A DNA stretch of 64,000 bases from Wickerhamiella versatilis (Eukaryota): assembly GCA_030867685.1 (NCBI GenBank), contig JAQOWU010000008.1:4154001-4218000 (forward strand). The letters run 5' to 3'. Shown here in pieces: positions 20,709 to 31,088 of this stretch. The notes beneath the pieces are model-generated. The model was not told the origin of the DNA and ran no database searches. It was given only the letters and a program-made list of their open reading frames with translations. The position numbers and the translations under genes are program-made. Each line of letters starts with the position of its first letter. Position 1 is the stretch's first letter.

Positions 20709-23333
20709 ATGGGACAAGAAATAAGGTACGATGGTAAAGTCGTGATCGTGACTGGTGCTGGTGGTGGTCTGGGTAAGGCATATGCTTTGTATTTTGGTGC
20801 TCGCGGGGCTTCCGTCGTTGTCAACGATTTAGGCGGCTCCTTGAACGGAGAAAGCGGGAGCCAACGGGTTGCTGACCGTGTTGTTGCCGAGATAGAGAAT
20901 CTGGGTGGTAAAGCAGTTGCAAACTATGATAGCGTCGAGAATGGTGACAGAATAGTTAGGGAAGCCATTAGTGCTTTTGGTGGTATTCACATCGTGATCA
21001 ACAATGCTGGAATTCTGCGAGACGTTAGTCTCGGAAAGATGAAGCCTCAAGATTTTGACCTTGTCCAACGCGTACATGTATTTGGTTCTTACAAGGTAGC
21101 TCACGCAGCATGGCCATACATGCGCAAACAAAAGTTCGGCCGGATTATCAATACGACAAGTGCAGCTGGTTTATACGGCAATTTCGGTCAAACAAATTAT
21201 TCTGCAGCTAAGCATGCACTCGTAGGGTTCACGGAGACACTTGCAAAGGAGGGTGCCAAATACAATATCACCGCAAATGTTATCGCACCACTGGCGGCAT
21301 CAAGAATGACTGAGACGGTAATGCCACCTGAGATGCTCGAAATGTTAAAACCTGAAGTGGTGGTCCCAGTTGTGGGATATTTGGTAGATGAAAATACCAA
21401 GGAGAATGGGTCTATATTTGAAACCGCTGCTGGTGCTGTCATGAAGGTGCGATGGGAAAGATCAAATGGTATTCTTTTAAAAACTGACGAATCCTACCTG
21501 CCTTCAAGTGTGTTGAAGCATTGGGAGAAGGTTAATGACTTCAGCAAGCCAGAGTACGACAATGGCCCTAAAGATGTTCTTAGCCTTCTAGAGTCAGTGA
21601 ATCCCAGCAATGACAGCAATGGTCCACCTGTATCTTTCAAAGATCAGGTAGTTATTGTAACGGGAGCTGGTGCTGGAATAGGACGAGAATATGCTCTTAT
21701 GGCGGCAAGTCTCGGGGCTAAAGTCGTGGTAAACGACGTTATGAATCCGGATGATACTACAGAGATGATCAAGAAATCTGGTGGTGTAGCTGTTGCGGAT
21801 AAGAATGATGTTGCGAATGGTGAGGCCATAGTGAAGAACGCGATAGACTCTTTTGGTGCAGTGCATGCAGTGATCAATAATGCCGGAATTATTCGTGACA
21901 AGTCTTTTGCCAAGATGACAGACGATCTTTGGAATGCTATTCAGAAGGTTCATTTGTATGGTACTTTCTCAGTTACGAGAGCTGCGTGGCCTCATTTTCT
22001 TCGGCAAGGATATGGCCGTGTGGTCAATACAACCTCCACTTCCGGTATATATGGTAATTTTGGACAGACCAACTATGCTGCGGCTAAGGCAGGAATTTTA
22101 GGATTTACTCGCGCACTCGCACAGGAAGGAAAGCGAAAAAATATTTTGGTCAATGCTGTGGCACCAACTGCTGGAACTAACATGACAAGTGGAGTGTTTA
22201 CTGAAGAGATGCTTACTGCACTCAATCCGCGGTTCATTGCCCCGGTGACGCTTTTATTGGCTTCTTCAAGTGCACCGGCGACCGGGAACTGCATTGAGAC
22301 CGCGGCAGGGTGGACCGCTAAGACTCGCTTGCAGCGCAGTGCTGGGGTCGTAATTGCTGATATCACTCCTGAAAAGGTCCGAGATAACTGGGAGAAGATT
22401 ACAACTTTTGAAGAGGGTCACACTAAGAGTCCAGAGACATTCCAAGAAGCTGTACAAGGTATCTTTGAACTGTTGCAATCACAGGAGAACCATGAGGCCC
22501 CTGTAGCCTACGGGGAATATTCTTATGATGATGAAAAGGTTCTTCTATACAACATTGGAGTTGGTGCTCCTGCCACAGATCTGAAACATACCTTTGAAGG
22601 CAGTCCAGATTTCCAGCCTGTACCTTCATTTGGTGTGATTCCCATGTTCTTTACGAACTATCCATATGAAGAAGTTATTCCCAATATGAACCCAATGAAG
22701 CTTCTTCATGGCGAACAGTATCTCGAAATTAAACAATGGCCTATTCCCTCAGAAGCTAAGTTGAAGACAACAGCCCATCTTCTGGAACTTTTGGATAAGG
22801 GTAAGGCTGCAGTATCCATTGTTGAGTATGTGACTGTTGATGAGAAGACTGGCCAAGAACTATTCTATAACGTCATGTCCACATTCTTCCGGGGCTCTGG
22901 TGGCTTCAACGGGAAAACCAAGGCTGACGACCGTGGCGCAGTAACGAAAGCAAATAAACCACCCTCTCGATCACCAGACTGGGAAAATAGCTTCAAGACC
23001 TCCCCTGACCAGGCAGCAATTTATAGACTCTCGGGCGACTATAATCCGCTTCATATAGATCCTGAGTTTGCTGCTGTTGGAGGTTTTAATAAACCAATCT
23101 TGCATGGGCTTTGCACTCTTGGAATAACTGCGCGTCTTCTCAGTGAAAAATACGGCATTTTTAAGAATATAAAGGTGCGATTTGCTGGTTATGTCTTCCC
23201 AGGGGAGACTCTCAAGGTCGTTGCGTGGAAAGAAGGGCCTCGCGTAATCTTTGAGACGCATGTTGTCGAACGCAAGACTAAAGCTATCACTGCTGCTGCT
23301 ATCGAGCTTCCTCCCCAGGAGCCCAGACTTTAG
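20709..23333 (+). CDS. FOX2: Peroxisomal multifunctional beta-oxidation enzyme MFE-2
   Basis: Two SDR domains (TGAGGGLG/YSAAK and TGAGAGIG/YAAAK) plus hydratase-2 YRLSGDYNPLHIDP; C-terminal PTS1-like PRL. Confidence 0.98.
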   Translation: MGQEIRYDGKVVIVTGAGGGLGKAYALYFGARGASVVVNDLGGSLNGESGSQRVADRVVAEIENLGGKAVANYDSVENGDRIVREAISAFGGIHIVINNAGILRDVSLGKMKPQDFDLVQRVHVFGSYKVAHAAWPYMRKQKFGRIINTTSAAGLYGNFGQTNYSAAKHALVGFTETLAKEGAKYNITANVIAPLAASRMTETVMPPEMLEMLKPEVVVPVVGYLVDENTKENGSIFETAAGAVMKVRWERSNGILLKTDESYLPSSVLKHWEKVNDFSKPEYDNGPKDVLSLLESVNPSNDSNGPPVSFKDQVVIVTGAGAGIGREYALMAASLGAKVVVNDVMNPDDTTEMIKKSGGVAVADKNDVANGEAIVKNAIDSFGAVHAVINNAGIIRDKSFAKMTDDLWNAIQKVHLYGTFSVTRAAWPHFLRQGYGRVVNTTSTSGIYGNFGQTNYAAAKAGILGFTRALAQEGKRKNILVNAVAPTAGTNMTSGVFTEEMLTALNPRFIAPVTLLLASSSAPATGNCIETAAGWTAKTRLQRSAGVVIADITPEKVRDNWEKITTFEEGHTKSPETFQEAVQGIFELLQSQENHEAPVAYGEYSYDDEKVLLYNIGVGAPATDLKHTFEGSPDFQPVPSFGVIPMFFTNYPYEEVIPNMNPMKLLHGEQYLEIKQWPIPSEAKLKTTAHLLELLDKGKAAVSIVEYVTVDEKTGQELFYNVMSTFFRGSGGFNGKTKADDRGAVTKANKPPSRSPDWENSFKTSPDQAAIYRLSGDYNPLHIDPEFAAVGGFNKPILHGLCTLGITARLLSEKYGIFKNIKVRFAGYVFPGETLKVVAWKEGPRVIFETHVVERKTKAITAAAIELPPQEPRL

Positions 23334-23539
23334 TCGATGTTAAATCTGATTATGCTAGTTTTAGATGCGCGATATAGTTAACCAATATGAAATGATTTAC
23401 TTTACGATGCTCTAAAACACTAATTTCAAGAATGAATGACAACAACCGAAAAAGTACTGCCATAAAAAAATCCTCGCTTCATATGCTATCGTGGATCTGA
23501 AAGACAGGCATCACCTCAAACTTAATACCATTCAACAGC

Positions 23540-24397
23540 TTAGAAGGCATACTTATCGTACCTATCATAGCCGCTGTCATAGCAGTCGTCACTGTAACGG
23601 CCACGGTCAGCATAGCAATCGTCGTGGTAATCTCTTCCACAATTGTCTCGGCCTCCACATCCACCGCGATCACCTCGACCGTGGTAACCGTGACGGCGTC
23701 CTTCACCACAGCCAGAGCCAGAGTGTCTATTGCCATGACGGCCGCGGCGACGGTTGAGACGACGATCGCAGGCGCAGTCTACCCAATTACACCAAGTTGA
23801 GGGACAGAACAAGTTAGCACCGGCACAAGCTACATCGGAAGCCACATCAACTGCACTGCCTACTAAGTCTGCAGCGCAGTCACCAGCACACGAAACGGCA
23901 TCAGCAGTGCAATCGCCCAGCTCGCAATCTGAACCACCGCCGCCACCACCGCAGCAGCTGCCTCGGCCACCGCTACAACCATCTTGGTACCCACCATGGC
24001 GGCCGTCATCTCGGTAACCACTGTAGCAATCATCCCGGCCACCACGACGACGACCGCAGTCAGATCCACTGTAGCCCCCATCATAACCATAGGAATCACA
24101 GTCGTACCAATCATCATCATAGCGATAGTCACATCCATAGTCATCGTACGGTTCGGGCTCACAACCATCGTCATACCTGTCAAAACCGCTGTCGCAACTG
24201 TCTCTTCCAGAGCAAGAATCACCACGATCACCGCGATCGCCACCACCACAACACAAATCTAGCTTGGGATCGACACCAGAGCGTTTTGCCAAAGAGGACG
24301 CAACAAGCCGTTGTTGTGCCTGAGCATTTTCGTTGGACACAGGAGCGGCTAGTACAGCACTGATCAATGCCTGCGAAAAAAGCACTGTGACCTTCAT
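23540..24397 (-). CDS. Orphan secreted Gly/Asp/Cys/Tyr/Arg-rich prepro-protein
   Basis: Signal peptide ending VLA|AP, pro-region ending in KR, then a low-complexity mature chain with about 26 Cys. Confidence 0.8.
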   Translation of the reverse strand: MKVTVLFSQALISAVLAAPVSNENAQAQQRLVASSLAKRSGVDPKLDLCCGGGDRGDRGDSCSGRDSCDSGFDRYDDGCEPEPYDDYGCDYRYDDDWYDCDSYGYDGGYSGSDCGRRRGGRDDCYSGYRDDGRHGGYQDGCSGGRGSCCGGGGGGSDCELGDCTADAVSCAGDCAADLVGSAVDVASDVACAGANLFCPSTWCNWVDCACDRRLNRRRGRHGNRHSGSGCGEGRRHGYHGRGDRGGCGGRDNCGRDYHDDCYADRGRYSDDCYDSGYDRYDKYAF

Positions 24398-24809
24398 GAG
24401 TGAATTGACTCCTGTAAGTCAGAGTTCTTCCTCTCCCTCTTATGGAAGCGTGGTTGCACAGGTACCAATGACTTGGCTTTCCAAGACTGGAACGAACAAA
24501 ATGTGTCGAGGACCACCCAAAATGACCTACTTGATTTGGAAGGTCCACTATTGACAATCAAATGACAACATTATGTAGGGCACCATATGCAGAATTCAAC
24601 AAAAAAGCCCTGTATCCTTTCCTTTATTGAGGATCCAACCAGTCTCAGGCAGTGAAGTGGGATATCTCCGGATAAGAGATAAGAGAGCTCGCGAAGTGGA
24701 AGTGTTGCGAAAGATATATTTCATTACGTCGGATAAATAAAAATTCAGAATTTAAACACCAGATTTAGTATATTTTGCGTATGCAAAATTCACATTCTCG
24801 TATTCTTAA

Positions 24810-25415
24810 TCAAGGCGCCAAAAATTCACTAAAATGTGCGTCATATTCACTAAGCTTGTTTTCGCCGAAAATCCTGCAGTAATCTTCTCTTGAGACATAA
24901 TCAGTGATATTTAGAGGGGGCAACTCTTCCTTAACAATTCGCTGTTTTTTCTGTTTAGGCTGAGGGGCTTTGGGATTTTCCGATGCATAAAACTCACGCA
25001 ATAAAATAACCGCTTCTCGTCGCATTATATCAGGGAAGGCCAGATAAGGCGGATAAGGACCAGGGTCTTGGTTTACACGGAGAACCGAGCCACACCCACC
25101 AAATCTTTCGTTGGCAGCACCAAAAAATACCCGACGAATACTTATCTGTCTTAGAGCACTTGCACACATAATGCACGGCTCCACAGTAACATAGAGGTCC
25201 GACTCTGCAAAAATGGCTTTGGGGTATGTCTGCAATACCTCATCTATGGCCAGAAATTCAGCGTGTCTGGTGCCGTTATAAGTACGATTCGTATCATTAT
25301 GTCCTCGACCAATAACTTTTCCAGAATGAACAATAACACATCCCACAGGTACCTCATCAAGCTTTGCAGCCTTCCTAGCCTGCTCAAGCGCCAAGCCCAT
25401 AAAGCAGGGGTCCAT
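24810..25415 (-). CDS. TAD2: tRNA adenosine-34 deaminase catalytic subunit
   Basis: EVPVGCV, TRHAEF, TVEPCIMCASAL, NERFGGCGSV. Confidence 0.95.
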   Translation of the reverse strand: MDPCFMGLALEQARKAAKLDEVPVGCVIVHSGKVIGRGHNDTNRTYNGTRHAEFLAIDEVLQTYPKAIFAESDLYVTVEPCIMCASALRQISIRRVFFGAANERFGGCGSVLRVNQDPGPYPPYLAFPDIMRREAVILLREFYASENPKAPQPKQKKQRIVKEELPPLNITDYVSREDYCRIFGENKLSEYDAHFSEFLAP

Positions 25416-25524
25416 GTTGGACCTTCTCTCTTAGATGACTCACTGATTAGAGTAACATGTGATATATTCCTCACGACTGAAGCGATAATGCTGAAAACAT
25501 TCAACACTCATTAAGGTTACTTAA

Positions 25525-28500
25525 TTATTGACTATCTATCCAGAGACGAGCATTGACAAACAAGCGAAGCCACGGAGCAGCATCAAGTGATGAAGGTCGC
25601 CAAGATTGACCGGAGAGCATAACGTTTCGCTCTGGATGAGGCATCATAGCGAAAACACGACCATCAGGCGACCTAATACCACATATACCATGCAACGAGC
25701 CATTCGGATTAAATGGATATCGCTCGGTAGGTTTACCATAGTTATCGACAAATCTTACCACAGCGAGGTGATTTTGAGTAAATCGACTAAATTGTTCTTG
25801 CGAGGAGAAGCCAACTCGGCCCTCACCATGAGCAACAGCTATTGGCATTCTGGAACCCCGCATTGAATGTAAGAAGACAGATGGAGCGCTGCTGCTTTCA
25901 TCCTCCATAATTTCAACCATAGAAGTTCGCGCCTCAAATTGCTCACTAACATTCTTCTCAAAACTAGGCCAATCCTCGCAACCAGGGATGATAGACTTGA
26001 GCTTCGACAAAAATTGACATCCATTGCAAACACCAAAAGAAAAGGTCTTCGGGTTTCTGAAAAATTCATAAAATTGATTGCGCAATGATTCGTTATACAA
26101 AACACTAGTCGCCCAACCGTTTGCAGCTCCAAGAACATCACCGTAAGAGAAACCACCGCAGGCAGCAATACCGCTGAAATCACGAAGATGGACTCTTTCA
26201 GCAAGTAAGTCTGACATATGCACATCTATGGCATCAAATCCTGCCTGTTGCCATGCCCATGCCATTTCCATATGACCGTTGATACCTTGTTCTCGAAGGA
26301 CTGCCACTCTAGGGCGAGCTGTTCCAACTGACTGAGGTATCGCTGTATTAAAGGTCAATTTGTACGTCAGACCTGGATCAGCACAATCAGCTATGTTTCC
26401 TAATTCCTGATCAGCACATTTTGGATGATCACGGAGTCGCTGCATGTGATAGGATACCTGCGACCATTGATTTTGCAATTTAGCACGGGTTGAAGTCAAT
26501 AAAGATCCAATACGTACCACATGATCCTTTCCTAAATCTGGACGACCTACACGACGAATGTTAGCAGTTGGTACACCATGCTGCTCTAAGACCTTGATGA
26601 GCGTCTCAGCATTACGCACCTGGAATACTGCACCAGGGCATTCCTCGAAAAGATCTGATGGAGACAGATCCTTAGATACTACTAGACCTGTACGACCAGC
26701 GAAAGCCATCTCCAATAAAGTTACTATGAGTCCACCATCACCGATATCATGATAAGCTAATACATTATCGCCTTTGTGCAGCTCGCATATTGCGCTCAAT
26801 AGGGATTTCAGCACCGTTACATTGACATCTGTAATATCATCTCCCACGAGCTGATAAACTTGAGCAGCCGCGGTTGCGCCAAGTCTCGCGGTATTTGAGG
26901 GTTTTGTCGTCACCCAAATTAGCTCACTTCCATCATCCCGTTCGAGCTGGGGAGTCCAAGTATTCAAAATGTCAATTACGGGTGCAAATGCTGTGACCAC
27001 AACCGATACAGGCGCTGTTACCTGTTTCTTTCCAGCATCCCATCGCATACTCATGCTCATTGAATCTTTTCCAACAGGAACTGAAACACCAAGAGCAACA
27101 CAAATCTCTGATAAGGCCTGTACAGCATCGTAAAGACCAGCACCATCACAATCATGGGCCGGAGACGCCATCCAATTTGCGCTAAGTTTTGCCTCAGGCC
27201 GAATATCAGCAGCTGCCAGATTAAGCAGTGATTCTGCTACACTGACACGTGAAGCGGCAGCAGGATCGACGATGGCTATAGCTGGTCTTTCACCACAGGC
27301 CATTGCTTCACCAGTACGAACGTCGGCTCCATAGCTGGATGCGGTAACACCAACGTCCGCCACGGGTACTTGCCAAGGACCAACCATCTGATCCCTAGCT
27401 ACAAGACCAGATACAGACCTATCTCCAATTGTGATAAGGAAAGACTTCGAACCAACAGACGGAAGTAACAAGACACGGGAAAGAACTTCGTCAAAATCGG
27501 ATGGTAATTTAACTGGACCTAGCTTCAAGTGGCGAGTCATAGAACTTCGAGAAATACGAGGAGCCTTGCCAAAGAGCACTCCCATATCTAGGTCCACTGG
27601 ATTATTATTTTGAAGACGATCTGTGACAAGTAGACGCTTTTCAGCCGTAGCCTCACCCACGACACCATAGACTGCACGCTCCCTATCACATATCGCTGTG
27701 AACTCGTCAAGATCATCTGGCATTACAGCTAGAACATATCTCTCTTGTGCTTCACAGCACCATATTTCCATTGGAGACATACCGGAATCCAAACATGGAA
27801 CTTCACGTATTTCTAGATTGGCACCAAGGCCACTATCATGAACAAGTTCTGTAAAGGCATTTGACAAGCCACCTGCACCGACATCATGGATAGTAAGGAT
27901 CGGGTTAGCCGCACCCAGTGCCACACAAGTATCAATAACCATTTGTGCTCTTCTTTGCATTTCTGGGTTTCCTCTTTGAACTGAGGCAAAATCCAGGTCT
28001 GACTTTCCTTCAGAAGCCGCCAGTGAAGATGCGGCACCACCACCAAGTCCAATCAACATGGCAGGCCCACCTAGAACTATGAGTTTAGCTCCTGCAGGCA
28101 CAGGCTTATCCTTGAGTGCAAACCTAGGGCGTACTGAGCCCATACCCCCCGCTAACATGATAGGCTTGTGATAACCTCTCAGTTCAGATTTACCACTGGG
28201 TCCTAGTGATACATTCGTGGTTAGAGTACGGAAAAAACCTGAAATGGCTGGTCTTCCAAATTCATTGTTATACGATGCTGAACCAAGAGGTGCATGGATC
28301 ATAATATCTAAAGGACTCGCAATATGATGAGGCTTACCCACGTTAAGTTCCCATGATTGCTCAAATTCAGGGATGTGCAAGTCGGACGTCACGAATCCAC
28401 TGAGTCCTGCCTTTGGACGTGAGCCCCGGCCTGTTGCCCCTTCATCTCTAATCTCTCCACCAGAGCCCGTTGCTGCTCCAGGGAATGGCGAAATAGCAGT

Positions 28501-29451
28501 TGGATGGTTATGGGTCTCGACCTTAGCAAGATAAGGTACCGCCTCCGCTTGAAGATCGTATAGATTTGAATGTGGATCGGGAGACCAGTAAAATGCATTA
28601 GAGCCCTCAAGGACGGCCGAATTATCACTATAAGCAGATACTGTATGCTCAGGAGCAGCTTCATGGGTAGCGCGAATCAACTTAAATAATGATTTTGGTT
28701 TAGACTCGCCATCAATTTTCCAATCAGCGTTAAAAATCTTATGTCGACAGTGTTCACTATTGACTTGCGCAAACATAAATAGTTCAACATCTGTCGGGTC
28801 ACGATGTGGGAAACTGGAATTCAAGTAGTCGATTTCGGCTTGGTCTAACGCGAGACCCATAGTCTTATTAGCCTCCGCGATGCCAGATCGTGACACGGTT
28901 ACAAGTGGCCTTGGCTTTTCGTGGCCAAATAGAGACTCTTCATCGACAGGCTCAAGATTGACCTTTTGGGTCATACGATCGTGGAACACATCAAGGAATG
29001 GGCCACTCTTTAAATGCTCTGCAAACGGGAAAAATTTGCGCACTTGAATGAGGAACGCAGTACCTCTCTCCACTCTTTTCACTTTACTAAATCCACAATT
29101 TGCGAAAATGTTTGTGGCCTTGGATGACCAAGGACTCTCGGTTCCTGGCATAGGTACCACACGAAGAATATAGCAAGATTCTGGAACGTTGCTATTGCCA
29201 TTTTCTACTGCATTAACTAGTGCATTATCCAGGACGTCGTCTGGCGATGGTTGGTTACCATACTTCAATACATCTAGTACAAGCTTCTCTTCTTCTTCAC
29301 TGAGTTCGGCACCTGGCTGTAACTGGATGTAATGAACATACACCGAACGCAATGCCACAACAACCGATGAGTTCAAGGCGTGATTTATAGAGGAAACTAG
29401 CGCGCTAACTCTAAAGGGCGAGTTCGCAACGCTGCCACAGCGAACGAGCAT
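25525..29451 (-). CDS. ADE6: Phosphoribosylformylglycinamidine synthase
   Basis: QVNSEHCRHKIFNA, KVETHNHPTA, GVCNGCQF, MMPHPER. Confidence 0.99.
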   Translation of the reverse strand: MLVRCGSVANSPFRVSALVSSINHALNSSVVVALRSVYVHYIQLQPGAELSEEEEKLVLDVLKYGNQPSPDDVLDNALVNAVENGNSNVPESCYILRVVPMPGTESPWSSKATNIFANCGFSKVKRVERGTAFLIQVRKFFPFAEHLKSGPFLDVFHDRMTQKVNLEPVDEESLFGHEKPRPLVTVSRSGIAEANKTMGLALDQAEIDYLNSSFPHRDPTDVELFMFAQVNSEHCRHKIFNADWKIDGESKPKSLFKLIRATHEAAPEHTVSAYSDNSAVLEGSNAFYWSPDPHSNLYDLQAEAVPYLAKVETHNHPTAISPFPGAATGSGGEIRDEGATGRGSRPKAGLSGFVTSDLHIPEFEQSWELNVGKPHHIASPLDIMIHAPLGSASYNNEFGRPAISGFFRTLTTNVSLGPSGKSELRGYHKPIMLAGGMGSVRPRFALKDKPVPAGAKLIVLGGPAMLIGLGGGAASSLAASEGKSDLDFASVQRGNPEMQRRAQMVIDTCVALGAANPILTIHDVGAGGLSNAFTELVHDSGLGANLEIREVPCLDSGMSPMEIWCCEAQERYVLAVMPDDLDEFTAICDRERAVYGVVGEATAEKRLLVTDRLQNNNPVDLDMGVLFGKAPRISRSSMTRHLKLGPVKLPSDFDEVLSRVLLLPSVGSKSFLITIGDRSVSGLVARDQMVGPWQVPVADVGVTASSYGADVRTGEAMACGERPAIAIVDPAAASRVSVAESLLNLAAADIRPEAKLSANWMASPAHDCDGAGLYDAVQALSEICVALGVSVPVGKDSMSMSMRWDAGKKQVTAPVSVVVTAFAPVIDILNTWTPQLERDDGSELIWVTTKPSNTARLGATAAAQVYQLVGDDITDVNVTVLKSLLSAICELHKGDNVLAYHDIGDGGLIVTLLEMAFAGRTGLVVSKDLSPSDLFEECPGAVFQVRNAETLIKVLEQHGVPTANIRRVGRPDLGKDHVVRIGSLLTSTRAKLQNQWSQVSYHMQRLRDHPKCADQELGNIADCADPGLTYKLTFNTAIPQSVGTARPRVAVLREQGINGHMEMAWAWQQAGFDAIDVHMSDLLAERVHLRDFSGIAACGGFSYGDVLGAANGWATSVLYNESLRNQFYEFFRNPKTFSFGVCNGCQFLSKLKSIIPGCEDWPSFEKNVSEQFEARTSMVEIMEDESSSAPSVFLHSMRGSRMPIAVAHGEGRVGFSSQEQFSRFTQNHLAVVRFVDNYGKPTERYPFNPNGSLHGICGIRSPDGRVFAMMPHPERNVMLSGQSWRPSSLDAAPWLRLFVNARLWIDSQ

Positions 29452-29683
29452 GACAACTTATTTCGCTGAATAATGTCGTTCAGGAATTGGAAAATCCTGA
29501 GCCGTTTGTTAAGTAATAGTTTTAAACAGCATTGGTCTGGAAGACTGCGTTCTCTTTTACATTACTTTGTTTATTTTCATTGCTTTCGAAAATCAATATG
29601 ACTATTATTTCTAATTATTGTTTCGGTTGTTTTATGTATTCGAATCTTTACGAGTAAATCGAGCATGTGACAAATTATTAGTC

Positions 29684-29959
29684 ATGGCTCAAGGGTCCTT
29701 GAAGCTATCCAAGACAAAGGTCAGTAAACCTAAGGCGAAAAAGTCGAAGTCTAGTACGAAAGGGCCTACAATAGCGAAGCCGCGAAAGGGCCCTGCTTTA
29801 AAGGACGCGAAAATCAAGCACCAGCACACTGCGTCCCTTACAGCTAGTACAGAAAAACTAATCGCCTCCCGAGTAGGCCACCTTGAACTTCTTAAGGGAA
29901 CGAGAAGAGAGATAGAAAAAAACAACGCCAATAACAATAACAAAGGGGTGAAAAAATGA
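29684..29959 (+). CDS. Small basic protein, UPF0390/DUF2462 family (YLR363W-A-like)
   Basis: MAQGSLKL..IAKPRK..LTASTEKLIASRVGHLELLKG. Confidence 0.8.
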   Translation: MAQGSLKLSKTKVSKPKAKKSKSSTKGPTIAKPRKGPALKDAKIKHQHTASLTASTEKLIASRVGHLELLKGTRREIEKNNANNNNKGVKK

Positions 29960-30359
29960 TTCCCGACCGATTCCGTGGTTGGCGGCTCACTTTGCCCCAA
30001 CAAATTTTGATAGGTCAACCTGCCAAAGTCACACGAATAGACGTGGTGTTGCCTCTGCGTCTAAATCTCCCTTCACGCAAGAGAAATATGCAGGGGAACT
30101 ATATTTATGATGAGTATGACTTAATTGACTCTGGAGACGATTCGGGCTCCGAGTCAGCTGCAGAGTCATCTTACAGTGATGATAGTAGATGACACAGTGT
30201 TTAGAGTAGTCTTAGTACCTTGTATATCTAGGCAGTGTGAATCAGTAATTTTTTTCAAAAGATAGATGAAGCGAAGGGCTCTCGAAATATAAATATGAGC
30301 GACAAGTTAGCATAAATTATTCCTGGGTTTGGTTTACACCAATCTCGTTCCCAAGCAGC

Positions 30360-30953
30360 ATGAGCCTTCGAAAAGCAATTCAAGCGGTAAATTCGACTAA
30401 GAATACGTACACGAAATCACAACGTGCATATTTAGGCCGGCTTGTACGCGTAGATCAAGCGGGAGAGCTTGCAGCAGATTATATCTACATGGGCCAGCAC
30501 TTGGTATTTCGGGACAAATTACCAGCTATTGAGCCGCTAATTAAACATATGTGGGAGCAAGAAATTCATCATCATAACACGTTCGATAGTCTTCAGTCGG
30601 AGGGCCGCATTCGTCCGTCCCTGTTTACTCCGCTGTGGAAGCTTGCGTCTTTTGGCCTAGGGGCTGGCACAGCTATGATTGGCAAGGAAGCTGCCATGGC
30701 TTGTACAGAAGCGGTTGAAACGGTAATCGGAGGGCATTACAATACTCAACTTCGTGGTCTTAATAGTTTATTTGAAAATCACGAAAACATACAAGAATTG
30801 AAACAAATTGTTGCCGGATTTCGTGATGATGAACTTGAACACTTGGAAACCGCCGTTGAAAATGATGCTCATGGAGCTCGACCGTATTGGCTTCTTACCG
30901 AGATCATAAAGGCTGGCTGCACAGGTGCAATATTTATTGCTGAGCGTATTTAA
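30360..30953 (+). CDS. COQ7: 5-demethoxyubiquinone hydroxylase (Coq7/Cat5)
   Basis: RVDQAGELAADYIY, WEQEIHH, AMACTEAVETVIGGHYN, FRDDELEH di-iron motifs. Confidence 0.97.
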   Translation: MSLRKAIQAVNSTKNTYTKSQRAYLGRLVRVDQAGELAADYIYMGQHLVFRDKLPAIEPLIKHMWEQEIHHHNTFDSLQSEGRIRPSLFTPLWKLASFGLGAGTAMIGKEAAMACTEAVETVIGGHYNTQLRGLNSLFENHENIQELKQIVAGFRDDELEHLETAVENDAHGARPYWLLTEIIKAGCTGAIFIAERI

Positions 30954-31088
30954 GATTGTTATAGAAGTAGAATTCGATACATGATCTTTAATGCGCCTAT
31001 TTACGTATAGTCAATGAAAAATTACTTCTCCTCTTATCATACTGTACAATAATATATATCCTTCAGTTTACAGCAATTCTGATTAGTA

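Noticed and set aside
23479..24557. Several alternative-frame ORFs over the Cys-rich gene
   Set aside because: Shadows of a stop-poor low-complexity CDS; only 23540..24397 has an ATG, signal peptide and KR site.
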